A stretch of 64,000 nt of DNA, from contig CM120640.1 in NCBI GenBank assembly GCA_051362555.1, forward strand, positions 47,532,788-47,596,787, in the 5' to 3' direction. Made by a program: the position numbers and the translations under genes. The notes beneath the pieces are model-generated. The model was given only the letters and a program-made list of their open reading frames with translations, did no database searches and had not been told where the DNA came from. This stretch comes from Lingula anatina. Its lineage: Eukaryota > Animalia > Brachiopoda. The stretch's first letter is position 1, and each line of letters begins with the position of its first letter. Below are positions 15,401-29,328 of this stretch, piece by piece.

Positions 15401-17554
15401 TGCATTAAGTAAATTCATAAAAGTAATGGATTGAGTCAGGTATTATGAATGTAAAAATGATAGATTGAAAACCATTCCCATTAATCCTAGTGTTGTTCAT
15501 TGAAACATACAGGGGGCTCCCTAGCTGTACTATTTGTTTTATCTCAAAAGCCTGTTGTCAGCAAGATTGATGTAAAAGTGGTCACCTAAACAACACTTTT
15601 GATATTGAATGATAGGGATTGGGATGAAGCATTCACTGGGAGAATGGGGGGGGGGGGGGGGGGGGGGAGTACTGAACATTTGACAGCTTTAAAATGATTA
15701 TGTTTTGTTTCCTTGTTTTATGGGTGCATTCTGTTTTTCATCACATTCAGCCGCAGCTTCATATTAAAAGGTCAAAGAGTGTGGGAATTTTCATATATAT
15801 TGAGGAAATACATATTTTCATCAACATTTTTCTTTAGAGATCAGTAATTGGATACAGCTCTAGTGTTAGGATTTTGCCATGTAGTCTAATTCTTATAAAT
15901 ACTCTCTGGAAAGAGATGGAAAACGAAACTATTAACAGGTACCCTAACGATATATTTATGAATCTTTGTCTACATTAACTTTGAGGTGACTATTTTAGCC
16001 TACAGTGGAGTTTATAGATGGTAAGACTTTGGCCCCATACTAGTATTTATACATATATACAGATAAACTACCTGTAATTGATTACAAGTGGGACATGGTA
16101 AATTTGAGTTGGTGTCATCTTATGTGTTAGACTACAGTACACTGTGAACACATTCTTGAAATATAGACATGATATGTTGCGTTTCACTGACCGTATCACC
16201 AATAAGCCTTTATTATTATTTTTAATGGATTCTTGATCTACTCCTAGTACCAAGTACACTGTAATGTCATATGTTTGGACATATAATGCAAGTTGGTGTT
16301 CTGGGCTGTTTTGTTATTGGTTTTAAGATCAAGTGTGCCATATATATATATATACATACAGTACAATTTTATGTTGATGCTATCTGTGCAAAGTATGTTG
16401 GCCCTTTTTTTGCAACAGCACTTTTGCTTAATTGTTATTTAAAAGATGCTTTGGTCATTTGAGTTTTGGATACACAAATATTGTGCTATTTACATATTGC
16501 ACCTCACTGAGATTGGCTATAAGCATATTAGTATTTATATTTATTATTGTCCAATATTTTCATAAAATGCATGTGTACAGTTTATATTTAAAAACTAATT
16601 CAGTAATATATATGACAAGTGATTATGTTTAAAATATTCTTAAGTAATCTTATGTCATCTTACCAGAAACAGAAAGAAGAAGAAATAAGTTAAGCAAGGA
16701 ATGCAGTGAAAAAAAATTGAGAATCATGTCATGGCTTGGATGATTCCAGGAACTTTATCTGATTTGCATTTGTTTTAACATGAAAAGAAAAGTTTTTTGT
16801 GAGCATCAATGGAAAGTAATACCAACTTTCTGTATTCTCTTTCTTTTTGGTTGGTATTTTTGATCCTCCATTTAAACTAAATTCCTCAACAAACATTCTG
16901 TTTTTAAGCTCTTGGATATTCAAAGCTCTCTCTGCCTTCCTTTCTCTCTCCTTTTTTGTCAGTCTAAAAGAATTGATGAAAAGAATGTTAAACTCAGCAA
17001 TACAGAAAAGGCAGTCAAGAACAAATTGTTCTTCTTTCCTCAAACCTTTTCCATTTTCAGGCCCTGACTTCTTGAACACTCAGCTCGTACCACAAATGGC
17101 TAACGGTTCAGCCAGAACAAGATCCAAATCATTTGATGCAGCAGTACATCACAAACCTCATATTGACCCCCACCGTGCACGTAGCTGGACCGATTGCCAT
17201 ATTCGACCAAACCAACAACAGAGGCGTCGAAGTAGCCAATTGAGCTTAATAAGACAAGCCCCAATGAATGGCCATGCCATGTGGTCTTCTTGCTCTGCAA
17301 TGGACAGAAGATACCTTCATCCACACAGAAACAGTTGCGATCATATTGGTATGATGCAGAGTTATTTGGCAACCCAGGCCCACGATCCTCATCATGATGG
17401 AACAGACTGTATGGACCAACACCTGCTCCATCCTAACATGTTTGTTCCTTGTCAATATGGTGGATCTGTCAGCAGTTGTTCAGGGAGCCTGAGGTCTCGG
17501 AGTAGTAGTCCTAGTGATGGAATGTACCGAGAACTCTATAGCCTACTTCACTAA
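12472..17554 (+). CDS. bves: Popeye domain-containing protein A (BVES/POPDC1-like), 7 coding exons, ~456 aa
   Basis: Exons 12472-12658, 13302-13491, 13767-13889, 14182-14287, 14465-14617, 14807-14924 and 17061-17554 join in frame with GT-AG ends. Three N-terminal TM segments, WSWIILCAPDVFSW, Popeye-domain motifs FLDSPEF and FQ|VS, KLYAINQK and DIRLP. Upstream non-coding exon donor at 12153 (ca|gtaagt). Orthology to POPDC1 versus POPDC2/3 was not tested. Confidence 0.85.
15751..15767 (+). CDS. Candidate alternative short terminal exon of POPDC-A (AAASY*; ~297 aa isoform)
   Basis: Pyrimidine-rich acceptor ttctgtttttcatcacattcag at 15750, phase-compatible with the phase-1 donor at 14924, followed by AT-rich UTR-like sequence. 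Confidence 0.35.
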
Positions 17555-18559
17555 GTCACATACATAATGCAGTGTATCATATTTATTGAAATTGTTGGCT
17601 TTTTTGGATATATCAACATTATTTTATTGTTATTATTATTATTTTCTTTTTTGTAAGCCTGTGAATCATTTTTGACTAAGATGCAAAAATTGGTGTAACT
17701 TAAGAAATGCATGCATACAGAACCACTCAAAATTGAGATTTTCTCTTGCTGTACATGCAAATGGTAAAAAATCCATATTCCAGTTTACCAATCCTTGTAA
17801 AATATGGTTTTGATTTTTTTTATTTTTGTTCGTAACTGTGTATATGTGGTAGCAATATTGAAATAAATGTCGCCATTTTAAGAAACTTTGCCATAGACTG
17901 TAATTTGTTTGTCAGTGATTTGAATCACTATATTGTATGATATCTTGATGCTTACTCAAATTGTGACTTTGCAATATACTAAGTTTTAGCCTTTTTGCTA
18001 CCATTTTCAATGATTCCTTGATTCTGGATCACAAAGCACTTCTCTTTGAGGGGGGGGGGGGGGGATAATACTGATATTGTGTTCTACCCCCTGAAATTAT
18101 GTAATGGGTCTTTTGTTAGAATTTTTAAGCAGTAATTTTATAACCTCTCTAACCCCTGTTACATTTGTACATATCCTCTGAAGTTTGCAATATCCCAAAA
18201 TTACTGATTTTTAATGTTTTTTAAAAATATTTTTTTTGCATACTTTTTGCGGTACTTACCCTTCTTATTGTACCAAAAGCTTACAAAACTATATTCTGTT
18301 TTTGTATACAAAAATATCAAAACAAAACCAGTTTCACCATCATGGCTCAAAAAATCATGAAAAAAAAGGCATATTTTGCTCAAAATCGTTTAGGACAGAC
18401 CCATGTTTTACATCACACACTGTATATATGCTTCATTCGAGTGGTGTGTTTGATACATCCAAAAAATCCTTGATTATTGGTCTTTCTTTCTATAAAACAA
18501 TAGGCACCTTAGCTCCAGGGTGGTCACCTACACATCAAAATTTACCCCTACTCCCTTAA

Positions 18560-20051
18560 TCATTATATACAGTCAGTTGCTTGCCTTATGTCATGGTTTA
18601 TCAGCCTGGTCACATAGTCTAATACTTGTCAAGTGACACTGCTTGCATTAGATGTGGCATTTACAAGGAAGTTAGAGTAGATCTTGTCATGCCCAATCAT
18701 AGTTCCAAGATTTCCTCATTGTTTCACAATAATATGATTAAACATTAAGCAAGGACTAGATTGGGTCTTAGGTTGAACATTGCAAAATAATTAATGCATC
18801 CACATTAAAGTTATGCAGTGTCTGATCAGTGATAAAGGAATCTATTTTCTCTAAAAGGGCCTTGGTTTCAGAAGAGAATCTGCAGTGTTGTCAGCTTTGG
18901 TTGTGCAAGGTTAACTTCCCACTGATAATTACACAGTGAAGGAGCCTGCTCCCTGTAATTTTGACCCTTCATTAGAATAGGTGACAGTAGAATTGTCATT
19001 AGAATTCATGATTCCTTTAACAATTTTGTCCAGGGTCAGCCTTTCAATGCTTCTTCCAGCATACTTTTGTTTTGTGAGGAAGTGTGTCTTTATCTATCTC
19101 AACCAGATCATCTTGAAGTTTTAAGGTTCCTGCCAAACATTTTATCAGCTACTTCTACCACAACTGACTCTGCTTGATTTTCAGACAGATGGTAATAATT
19201 TTTTAACTTGTCAAGTGTTTCTTAGAATTCTTGTTGTACTATGCAAATGTGGGAATGCACATGGCGTAACTCCAAAAGGCATTGGATCATCTACTGGACC
19301 CAACTCCTGGACTTCTGGCCTTTTCTTTCCTGCATGTAGGCATGGTGCTTTCTTATTCCTCTTCTTCCGCTGTGAAATATTCATCAGTGGTATCATCACC
19401 AGCTCATGTTTCACTGATGTTACCTGTAGTAACTGCTGACAAGTATTGTTCACTTTCTGCTGTCTTTTCCCCTTTTTCCAGGGATGACAAATCTTGTTTG
19501 CACATGTCCATAACTTTTGACCACTATTTGTCTACATAACATTCGTAATGCAACTTTCTGTTGCCTCTCTGATGCTCAAGAAACTCCCACTCCATGCCAC
19601 TCATCTTAGCCTCCACAAATTTCTTGAAGTTTCTTATTATGTTGCTTCACATATATATATTCACAAAATATATCAAAAACGGTTCCAATGCTTGACAGAA
19701 ATTATCTAACCCAAGCATGAAAGGACTCATTCTGCCTTTGTCTCCTAGTTTGGACAAATTGCTCAAAATCTTCATAAACTGCAGTATGTGCCTCTGTATG
19801 TCCTTTACGAAAATTGTGTAAAGGTTACAGAATAGCCTTAAAGTTTGTTCTTGCAGGAGAGAAGCTAGTTATTAAGTCTGCAGCAGCTTCTTTAAAACGA
19901 TGTGCCTGACCAGCATGCTTTGAGTGAAATAGACAAAGCATTACTTCATTAATGTTCTTTTTGGTTGGCAGGACACCTTTAGGCAATCCATCAGATTCCA
20001 AGAAATCAGTACCACCCAGTGTTTTCTTCCTCTTGGAAGTGGCCTTGGTTG
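18560..20051 (-). pseudogene. Decayed DNA-transposon transposase fragment (hAT/hATm-like N-terminal region)
   Basis: Minus-strand frames give LPKGVLPTKKNINEVML...KEAAADL, then after frameshifts NLYTISVKDIQRHI...KMSGMEWEFLEHQR. This resembles the N-terminal region of invertebrate hATm-type transposases (from recall). Many stops and frameshifts; boundaries approximate. Confidence 0.4.
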
Positions 20052-22138
20052 CTGAATAAAAGTAAAAGACAAAATGTTTATAATCAAAGGAACTTTGGTC
20101 TTCACTGGTGAGCAAATGGGCAGCTGCAAGTAAATGTACATAAGCATATACATGAAATATTGCAAAAGTCGGAAAAATGTAAGTTTTTCTTATTTTTCTA
20201 ACTTCCAAGAACAAATACAAGGATTTATTATGGAAGGTATGTATTGGAACCATATACCTCGTACTGCAAGTATAGTATCTTTTGTGAACATTATCTCACA
20301 TTATGACATATTCTACTAAAATCATCTAAAACTGCTTAGTATGTGAATATCATTAAGTTTAGGGGGTGTGTACAGGGGGCTATGGGGGGGGGAGGTAAAA
20401 ATTTAAAAATTTTACATTTCTTATGTAGCATATTACATAAATTCAGGGGATAGACTTGACTTTTATAAAAAGTGAAATACCCCCCCCCCTCCCCACTACT
20501 ATACTGAAAGTGATCCTTTATTAAGTGTATTTTTAATTGGGATTGCTTACAAAATAAGATTAAACAAGTTACACAGATTATTACAGGCTTATTATTTGGA
20601 TTTGTACTGCTCAACATGGCCCCCTTCTAACTCCACACGTCCCTTTGGCTTGCTAGTCATTGATACCCCATCAGTAGATCTCAGCATCTTGATCCCCTAA
20701 ATGCAAAAACAAAAAGCCTTCCACAGCAGCTGGCAGCTCATCCTGAAGGTGTTTTTCAGCCTGGGATAGTGGTGGAAATCACTAGGGGCAGAATTACTAC
20801 AATGTGTGCGTGTACTCGGGTACATGCATGGAGCTCCCAGTGACTATAGTTTAATCAGACTATAGTACTTCTTATTTGAGAAATTAGATTATTAACTCAC
20901 CTTTTACTTATATGCGAAGGCCATTGGGCTAAGTTATCGATGATTATTTGCATCCTTTAGTATGTAGCTCTTAAAGAAATATCAGGGTTTTAAAATTGCA
21001 GTAAAAACATGCTCTCTACTGTATATTTAGTTAAAAAAGTGCTAGTCATTTTATACATATATCTGCACAATTCCCCTAAAAGGTATTTCTGGCTCTCATG
21101 GGCCTATTAAACACCCTACTGAGATTTGACTTAGTGTGTATTGGGTTTCCTTGCCCAGATCATTTGCTAAGATCACTTATTGTTGATTTGCCATATCAAA
21201 TGCTTTCATCTTAAGTGCTTCGATCCTCTACAATAACTGTCATAAAATACTTGCCAGTACATTTATTTTGGGGTAAGATTGCCTAAATCATCTTTGGAAA
21301 TAACCACAGGGATTTGCTAGAGATATGCAGTTTTTACCTAATGGGTTGGAAAACCCAATTTCAGTACAAGAGGATAACTTGTATGCTTTTTTTGGGCTTT
21401 GTGATCATATCTGGAAAATACTCAGAGCAGCTAGATGACTGAGTGAAGTGGTAAATGCAGTATTTATGTGTATTCCCTGGTTGTCCTGTACATCATTAAA
21501 ATCAGTTTAAAAAAAGTGGTTTTTCTAGCTAGTATTGTTGTCTAATGGACTGTTGAAAGCTTTAAAAGTGCTGACTTTTCATGACTTTTATGAGCTTTTA
21601 CTGGGTCATTTTAATTTGTTGTATTACTAACAGAGATCAGTGCACTTTGCCCAGTGATTTGATGATCACTAGTAATAATAATTCTCACTGACTGATAGTT
21701 ACAGATCTTCATTCGTAAGCTATGGTTGTGGTCAACTATAATTTTTTTCTTATGCAGAAATGAAGGAAGAATTAAGTATATTAAGTATTTGAAGTGCAGT
21801 GTTCCTAGCTAGGTAAAATAATGACTCATGTTTGTGTAACAAAATCCCTTTTACTGAAAGTTGGAAATGTTAAATTATACTGGCAACCATTTCTATTACT
21901 TACCTTTAACAAAAGAAGAATAATGTGTCCATTGTTGTTATAGTATTTTCTCAAACTAGATTTTTTTTTCTCATGCAGCGTTAAAGTGTTTTGTACCTCT
22001 TTTTTGTGGCATTTAATTTGTGCACACACATAGGAACTTTTTTCATTAGTAGTATTATTATTAAAAAGACGGAAATTTTACAGCATGTATGCTAAGAAAT
22101 TGTCATGCAGTCATATTGCATCCAGCTGACAAACAGAA

Positions 22139-22443
22139 CATTCAGAATGAGAAGAGCCGAGTGCTAGCTTGGCCATGACCTAAATATGGCGGACCTACAT
22201 GAAAGGAAGACTGCTTAAACCTATGATGGTCTTTCCGCCTCTCACACGGCACTCCATGCGTTGTCCCTCGATTGGTTGAATTGAACCGAGATTTAATTAC
22301 TGTGCCCGTGCAGGGACGACATGTGGGCAGGTGTGTGAAAGGCAGAGAGACCATTACAGCATTAAGCACTCTTTCTTTTATGTGTAGGTTTGCCATATTT
22401 AGGTTGTGGCCTAGCTAGCACTTGGCCCTTCTCATTTTGAATG
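22139..22443. mobile_element. Foldback MITE with ~80-bp imperfect terminal inverted repeats
   Basis: The left arm cattcagaatgagaagagccgagtgctagcttggccatgacctaaatatggcggacctaca...tgcttaa is the imperfect reverse complement of the right arm ttaagca...tgtaggtttgccatatttaggttgtggcctagctagcacttggcccttctcattttgaatg. Confidence 0.75.
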
Positions 22444-22464
22444 GTCTCAGAGTCATTATCCCAT

Positions 22465-22572
22465 GGCCGGCGCTTCAAACAATAGGGTAATTGCACTTGT
22501 ACTTCACTTACATACTCATCTGAATTTTTATATGCTTCAGTGCGTTCATCCTTCTGTTTGAAGCACCAGCAC
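22465..22572. mobile_element. Small inverted-repeat element (MITE-like)
   Basis: gccggcgcttcaaaca ... tgtttgaagcaccagc form an imperfect inverted pair ~90 bp apart. Confidence 0.4.
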
Positions 22573-22741
22573 CAACTAGGATAAGTGAGTTACAACTTCT
22601 CTTTCTCCACTGTATGTAACATAGAAAATATTATATTATATTTTGGCTGCGCATCACTGTAATTATGCTCTAGCTTGTATGTCGCATACAGTGGACATGC
22701 CTTGTGTTGTGATTAGTACATACTGCGGTAGTCACGTAATA

Positions 22742-22908
22742 CAGGGGCGGATTTATGTTGTCTTCTGGGTCTTCCAGAAGACAGTCAGATTTTCAAGTTT
22801 GCATTGACGGGTATCTAAAGTTTTCTGTCGGAAGACGGTCAAAATGGAAGATGGATCAACAATGATAATTTGGAAGACTGTCAGAAAATATCTCTGGATG
22901 TGCCCTTG
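22742..22908. mobile_element. MITE with CAGGGGCGGAT-type termini and 5-bp TSD (taata)
   Basis: Begins caggggcggatt and ends ctggatgtgcccttg, flanked on both sides by taata. Internal motif gaagacNgtca occurs three times. Confidence 0.65.
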
Positions 22909-25900
22909 TAATAGAGGGAAGACTGACTTAGACTCCATTCCCATAGACACCATCAGTCTGTATAGATCAATCCAACTCTTTGGATACTCCTGTTGATTGC
23001 AATCAGCTTAACTGAATGACATGCATCTTCTTGTTTCCAACATACTTGTATAATCACCAGCTTTTCTGTATTCTACCCAAATGCAGGAAGAGGCGTGTCC
23101 TTCAGTTAAGCTGATCACACTAAGCAAGAGTCCCTGCAGAGTTGGGTCGATCTATGTAGACCAATGGTTTATATGGAAATGGGGCCTTAATTGCATTCAG
23201 TTTGCAAAATGCTGCTCCAAAGCAACTGACGGATTTGGTGTCATTCTAAGAAAAGTTTTTTTTTCTAAGTTACATGTCTGATTGAAATCTCTCCTCTTTT
23301 CCACAAAAAAAAAGAAAGAAAAATATATCAGTGTACTGTTACATGCTCAATTTCCATGCAGAGCATAGCTCATTTACGATACACTTGTCTATGGTGAATT
23401 GATGATCAAAAAGCTAATGCTGTCTCTGCTGTTTGGGAAGTGAACATATAGTCAGTATAAATGTGATCACGGAATCTGGTGATTCAGTGAGCAGTTTTCT
23501 GACTGTGGCATGAAAGCCCTTAATCCAGTGAAGATATAACTGAAAAACATGTAACAAAGAAGACAATCTGCCAAAAACAGCATGTTGCTTTCGGTCATTA
23601 AACATAAATAGATGTAGCTTTAGGTCGATAACAAGATACTTGAAGGACATGATTACATGTGTGAAGTTAATTTCCAGTGCTTGTCTTATTTATTTAGTTT
23701 TTATTGTCAACAATGTAATTCCCCAAATTGATCAATTATGTTAATAAATTAGTCTAAATGAGTATAAAGAGTTGCTTTCGTTGGAAAGATTTAGCACAAG
23801 CACTTATCATGTTTTCAACCCCAAATTGGAAGGTAAATTGACTTTACTGCACAACTACATGATCATATATACATGTATAAGTATCAACCAGCAAGCCCTT
23901 CCTTAATTTCTATTCCAGCATTTACATGTTACAGTAAATAACAAAAAAGGGATACTGGCAACAGAGGTGTATCCAACTACAATGTACAGGTACCACGTGC
24001 ATATTATTTAGCATATTTTATAATGTTCAATTTGTTTACACAGGCAAAAAGAAAACTAGTTCTACAGATGTGCTACAGTTCACTCAATTAAGGTACTAAT
24101 AGTCACAATTACACAAAGTGTACCGATTGGCTGGTAACAACACTGTACCTGTAATAGTAACTTATTAACATGGTACCACTGAGAACACTTCAAATTCCAT
24201 TTAAATTTATCATTTTATGGCTAAGTGCACCTTAAGGTTCTGTAAATATACGGGTATGAATTTAAAATGATTGATAAGAGCAAAAAGTGGGAATACTTGT
24301 ATCCTGAAATAGAATATATAAGATTGGTAATTATCTTCTCCATATCAAACCAGATTGCAAACTTTGCAGGTTGATAATCACCTGTCTACACTCTCTGGAT
24401 TCACCTCAGAAATATTTTCAGTAATAAAGTCACTAGTGTGCCAATTTTCTATCACATTTTACCAGCAGTATATTCTACAGAGCGCAGGTAAGATTTCGAA
24501 TTTTATACAATACCGATAGTTCATCTTTTGAGGACAATATTTTCAAACTGTGAAAAAATGTTTTATTTTTTCAAAATACACTTGGAACTAGAAACCTTTT
24601 TTAAAATCCCATTCTCTTTTTCTTTACATAATATATCATTTTGAAGTGAAAGTTCAAGTGGAAAAGGCAATTTTTATCATTCATTAGTCGAAGTTTGAGT
24701 TCAGTCAAGCCCAGTTTATTTAGCACATATACATACATGTATAATTGCTTTTATGTTTGTTGAATCTGCAGCTGGTATTCATTTAAAAGTATGCATTGGA
24801 AATAGATCTCACCTCTATATTCACAGTTACGTTTAGTCTGACACAATGTTGAATATTATTCATTGTCTCTTAGAACTGAAGATTATCTATTGTATGGCAT
24901 AATTTCAGTAGGATGAAGTTGCTTTTCAGTTTGATATCCTCCCAAATCTGGCTTCATAAATCTTCTCCAGTCCTTGGATAGTGATAGTGGGAAGGAGATT
25001 AGACAAAAAATCTATATCCTATTTGGCCCACAGGATAGATAGTAACATTTTCTGCAGAAAATCAAAAAACAGGTAGGCTAAAATATTGAAAACGCATCAT
25101 TTTCCAGCTTAACATTGGTATCGTGTGAATTATGAAAACTTTTGACTTTTTGTTTGAAACCAAAATTGTACTGGCAGTGGTCCAGTATATGGGATGGTTT
25201 GTCAGCAAATTTTATAAAATTTGGATTTTTTTATTTATACTAGTACCTCTCTCTATGTATTACAAATAAGTGGCTTGTTCACACTATATTGGCAATCATT
25301 CACAGATCTAGAGTGCTCTGACCATTTTTTTAAAACAAAAGGTACTTGGTCTACCTCACACCTTAATTTGCGACAAAATAATGATCTGTAACACAGCTGT
25401 TGAACAGTTGCATCCTGAGTTTCTCTCAAAGGTAGGAAATAGCCAAAGGTATATTTACACGACAAGGAATTATAAATACTGGGTACTTCAATCTTCACTT
25501 CAGAAGAAAGTGGTATTGCAAGGTTATTAAAATTCACCTACATTAATACAGTCCTGTGCTAACAAAGACGTTCATTAGGCTTTTTTTTTGTTTAATTCAA
25601 AGTAAAAAAGGCAAAGTCAGGTACTAGTAATGGAAACGTAGAACATGCTCCCATAATTTACCAGCTGCTCCTTTTCCTTGTTTGTTTTTTCACCGTATTA
25701 ATGTAGTTATGTACACTAAGTGGTTATTTCAGCATCTGAATGTGTTAGTTTACTGGGGAGCAAGAGGTAGGAAATTGAATATCGTCTGTCTACTGACATT
25801 TTGTTATGTTTACCTTAAGTCTGAATTAAGGAAGGTGGAAATCACTTAAGTCGCATGTTATTATATGCTACTCTCTTTTAATGACTTGTTTATTTTTGTT

Positions 25901-26141
25901 TTGTTTTTCGCGTGTTTATTTAAAGGTATTTGGCTGCCAAAATGTCCTGAATGTGTACACACAATGTTTTTTATAATTATAAAAAAGGACCATGCCTTTA
26001 TTCAGGTGAGCACGTACAAATGTTATAGATTACTTTCCAACATAGTTACATGTACATGTATGACTCAATCAGAGAAAAGACATCAATGTGACTTCAATAA
26101 ACCATTACTATTAGGCCAAGTTGCAATTGTTCTTTTGATAC

Positions 26142-26143
<2 letters not shown>

Positions 26144-26173
<30 letters not shown>
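26144..26173. repeat. (CA)n microsatellite
   Basis: Direct dinucleotide run. Confidence 0.9.
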
Positions 26174-26181
<8 letters not shown>

Positions 26182-29004
26182 ATTCTTACCATGATGGACA
26201 TACTGGTAGGTGATGAAGGACAAGAATAAAGTTAAGACACATTTGTTATGAACAAATTTGGGTTCAAGTATGAGTATGCATGCAAATCTGTGTACTACAT
26301 GTAGTACATCAGTATATGATATTAGGTTCAATGCCAATAATTTAAAGGTTTCTTTGTATCTTGAATTTTGTTGCAAAATACCTTTATCTCACGAATAAGG
26401 TGGATACATCTGAATCTGCATGTGCTTATCTCAATAGTTAGATTAAATGGGGTTCAAGTGTTCAAAAGTCTGAGGGTTCATTGATTTGAAAATGGTTGAA
26501 AATGGAAGGAAATTGGTTTACAGGTTCATTGGTCTGAATCAGAACCATCAATTCAGTGCTTGAAAATTTACTTTATGACACATATATGTAGTAACACATG
26601 TACTGCATGGTGCAACCTGTAACAACATTGAGCCATTCATTTGTGCTCTCATTTTTGAGAACATTTATCATGTAGTTTTTGGACCCAAAAATCTTTGAAC
26701 AAGCATAAAAATATTTGGACCAATGAATCTTCAGACCAATGAGCCATCGGACTATTGGACCTTTTGTACATGTAATAAACCCCCTGAGTCTGAAATCCTT
26801 TTCCAGACCAGACATGGTTTATTAGTACTGTCCCTTTGGTTAACATCTTATGTACAGTGTATGCACATGGAACCGTTCTTAAAAGGTCCATAGTCAGCCG
26901 CCTCATGTTTACTTGAAGCAACTAGAAAGCTGACAGATAAGCTACACGTAGGTGGAATTCATTTATTTTTATTCTGTAGCCATGTTATAAGCTTCAAAGT
27001 GGGCACCAGGGAGAGATTGTACCAAGTATAAAAGGTATTTTTATGGATACACATAAATTTGATGGATCATAGATTTATCATAAACCACCGAGTTCTTTTT
27101 CCTTAAATGCACTCTGTGTACACAGAATACTGTGGTGCAATCTCATTGATGTATCTAATTACCTGTATTAGATAGGGAACTATAGATAAAGGACTGACTG
27201 CATTTAATCAGATTGCCTATTTTGGTAGTAAGGCAGAGATTCATCTTTGCATAAAAGAAAGCCATATCTAAATGTCTAGATAAGTGAGATTCATCATCTT
27301 AAAAAATACAAGCATACAGGAGTAATGGGATTAAAATAATGAAAATTAACCATACAGTGCGCTTAAAGGGTGTTATACTAATGAGGGGCTTATCATTATA
27401 AAAAAGACAGATAAGGAAGAGTGAAGCAGCCAGCTGTCCTGTCTGGGTATATGAACTACATGTAAAACATTTTAATATGTTGTAGGGTATGTCTTACACA
27501 TGTGACCATACCCACTCTCATTTCACACACAGAAAAAATGTACAACTCTGTATTACTAAAGGGATAATTTTTCTTAGGTTATATCAACATTTGCAATACT
27601 AATTAACAATGATTACGTTAGGAAGTCTGTTATTTCATGGAAAATTACTCAATCCTTTATGTAAAGAGTGTAAATGTTCTAAAAATAGAGATGATTTTAT
27701 GTTTGAAAACTATAAGTGTGATAAAGTGTCTGAGTTATGATCAATATTTCCCAGGGTTTAATTGAGAAACATTTCCATTTGTAAAATGCTACTTTATGTC
27801 ACTTGAATAAGCCCTAGATAAACAAGAACTTCAGTTTTGTAAGACGAGGGATTTATTTATTAAAATTTGTTTTTTTTCTTTCGGATTTATTTCCATGTTT
27901 CAGACATAAAATACCAGAGGTTAAAAATTGTGATATGCAACTCAATTAAGCATCTACTCAATTTGATTAAGAGCAAAAATTGTTCTCTGAGGCTTGATAA
28001 CTACAACAGCATCCCTAGTTAATATTTGATGAACAATTAAGGGAATGATAGATCGATAAGGCTCATGTATAAAATCTCTCTCAAAAATTTATGCTCAACC
28101 TGGAACTACAGAGTTGGTGATGATAGTGCAGATAATCTCAGTCTTCCTTCTTTTTATGAAACAATTGGCATTAGATTTGTATGGTGTAAGAACATGTATT
28201 AAATCTTTGACATTTATCGGGTTGGTGAATATCTAAATGCAAATAATTTGAGAATATGAAGAAAAAACGACTAACTAAACATCTGATGAGTGGAAAGTTC
28301 TTTTTTTCATAATATGTCTTAAGAAAGGACGCGCATATATCATCCTAAATATATGATTAAAATTTGAAAATTCTACCAAAATTTTGTATGTTTTTTTTTT
28401 TTTTTTTTTTTTTGATAGGTGGACAGCCTTTCAATACATATATATATACATTTGTACATGGTACGTACACCCATTTCATTCTTTTATGCAAGAGATGTTA
28501 AGAACCATATGCATTTTCCAATTTAAAAATGAACCTGAGCACTGTAAGAATTTTTGGTCCTAATATTTTGTCACAATTTGATTTAAAGAAGTATAGAGTT
28601 TTCTTTTTAATATATTATCATCTTAGAAAACATACTGGTATTTTGTAAGTTGGGGAAGATACTCCAGAGACCTTAGATAAATTTGAAACAATAACATTAA
28701 AGGCAAAATTAGGATTCTGTAAATATTAACTATATAGGTACTGCTCTTGTGTTCATCAAGACTGATGATGTGTGGGATTAAGGGGTTTGTCAGTTGAGCC
28801 ACTACTCTTCCATTTTCCTAGCTGTTGATCCTCGTGGATCACAGAGCTGCCAACGAAAATGAGGCAGTGTTACATTACATTTTCATTATATTATCAACAA
28901 TCATTCTTACTAAAAATCCACATCTGCTCTTCTCAAAAGTGAACATTTCTACCCAAACTGCATAATTTCAACAGCTTGACTTGATGCTGTTCAATGTACA
29001 AGAA

Positions 29005-29328
29005 CAGTGGTGGATTTAGAGGGGGGTTCAGGGGGGTCCTGACCCCCCCCTCCAGTTTCTGAAAAATATATCACACCAATGTCCCTCTCTTAGAATTTTG
29101 ACTAGGTAAATCATAGTTCTAAACCATACCAAAGGGCACTGTTGCTCTCCAAAACACCAAAAAAATTTTGGGGCCCTTGAGCAGGCCCCAAACCCCACAC
29201 CAAGGGGGTGATAGTTGGCTTCGTATCTGAGGCCTGTTAAATGGCATTGTCCTAGAAAATCGTGGTGGTTGGATCTTAGTTACAATCCCCCCCTCCCCCC
29301 CCTTCAAATAATCCTGGAATGGCCCCTG
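29005..29328. mobile_element. Non-autonomous DNA element (MITE) copy 1, CAGTGGTGGAT...CCCCTG termini, 6-bp TSD caagaa
   Basis: Aligns by eye along its length with 43439-43719. Direct repeat caagaa immediately before and after. Confidence 0.8.

Noticed and set aside
16847-17060. N-terminal part of the 235-aa ORF as a standalone gene
   Set aside because: Intronic read-through; the coding part begins at the acceptor at 17060 as the POPDC-A last exon.
28276-28305. ctgatgagtggaaag hammerhead-like core
   Set aside because: There is no room for stem II and no supporting stems I/III.
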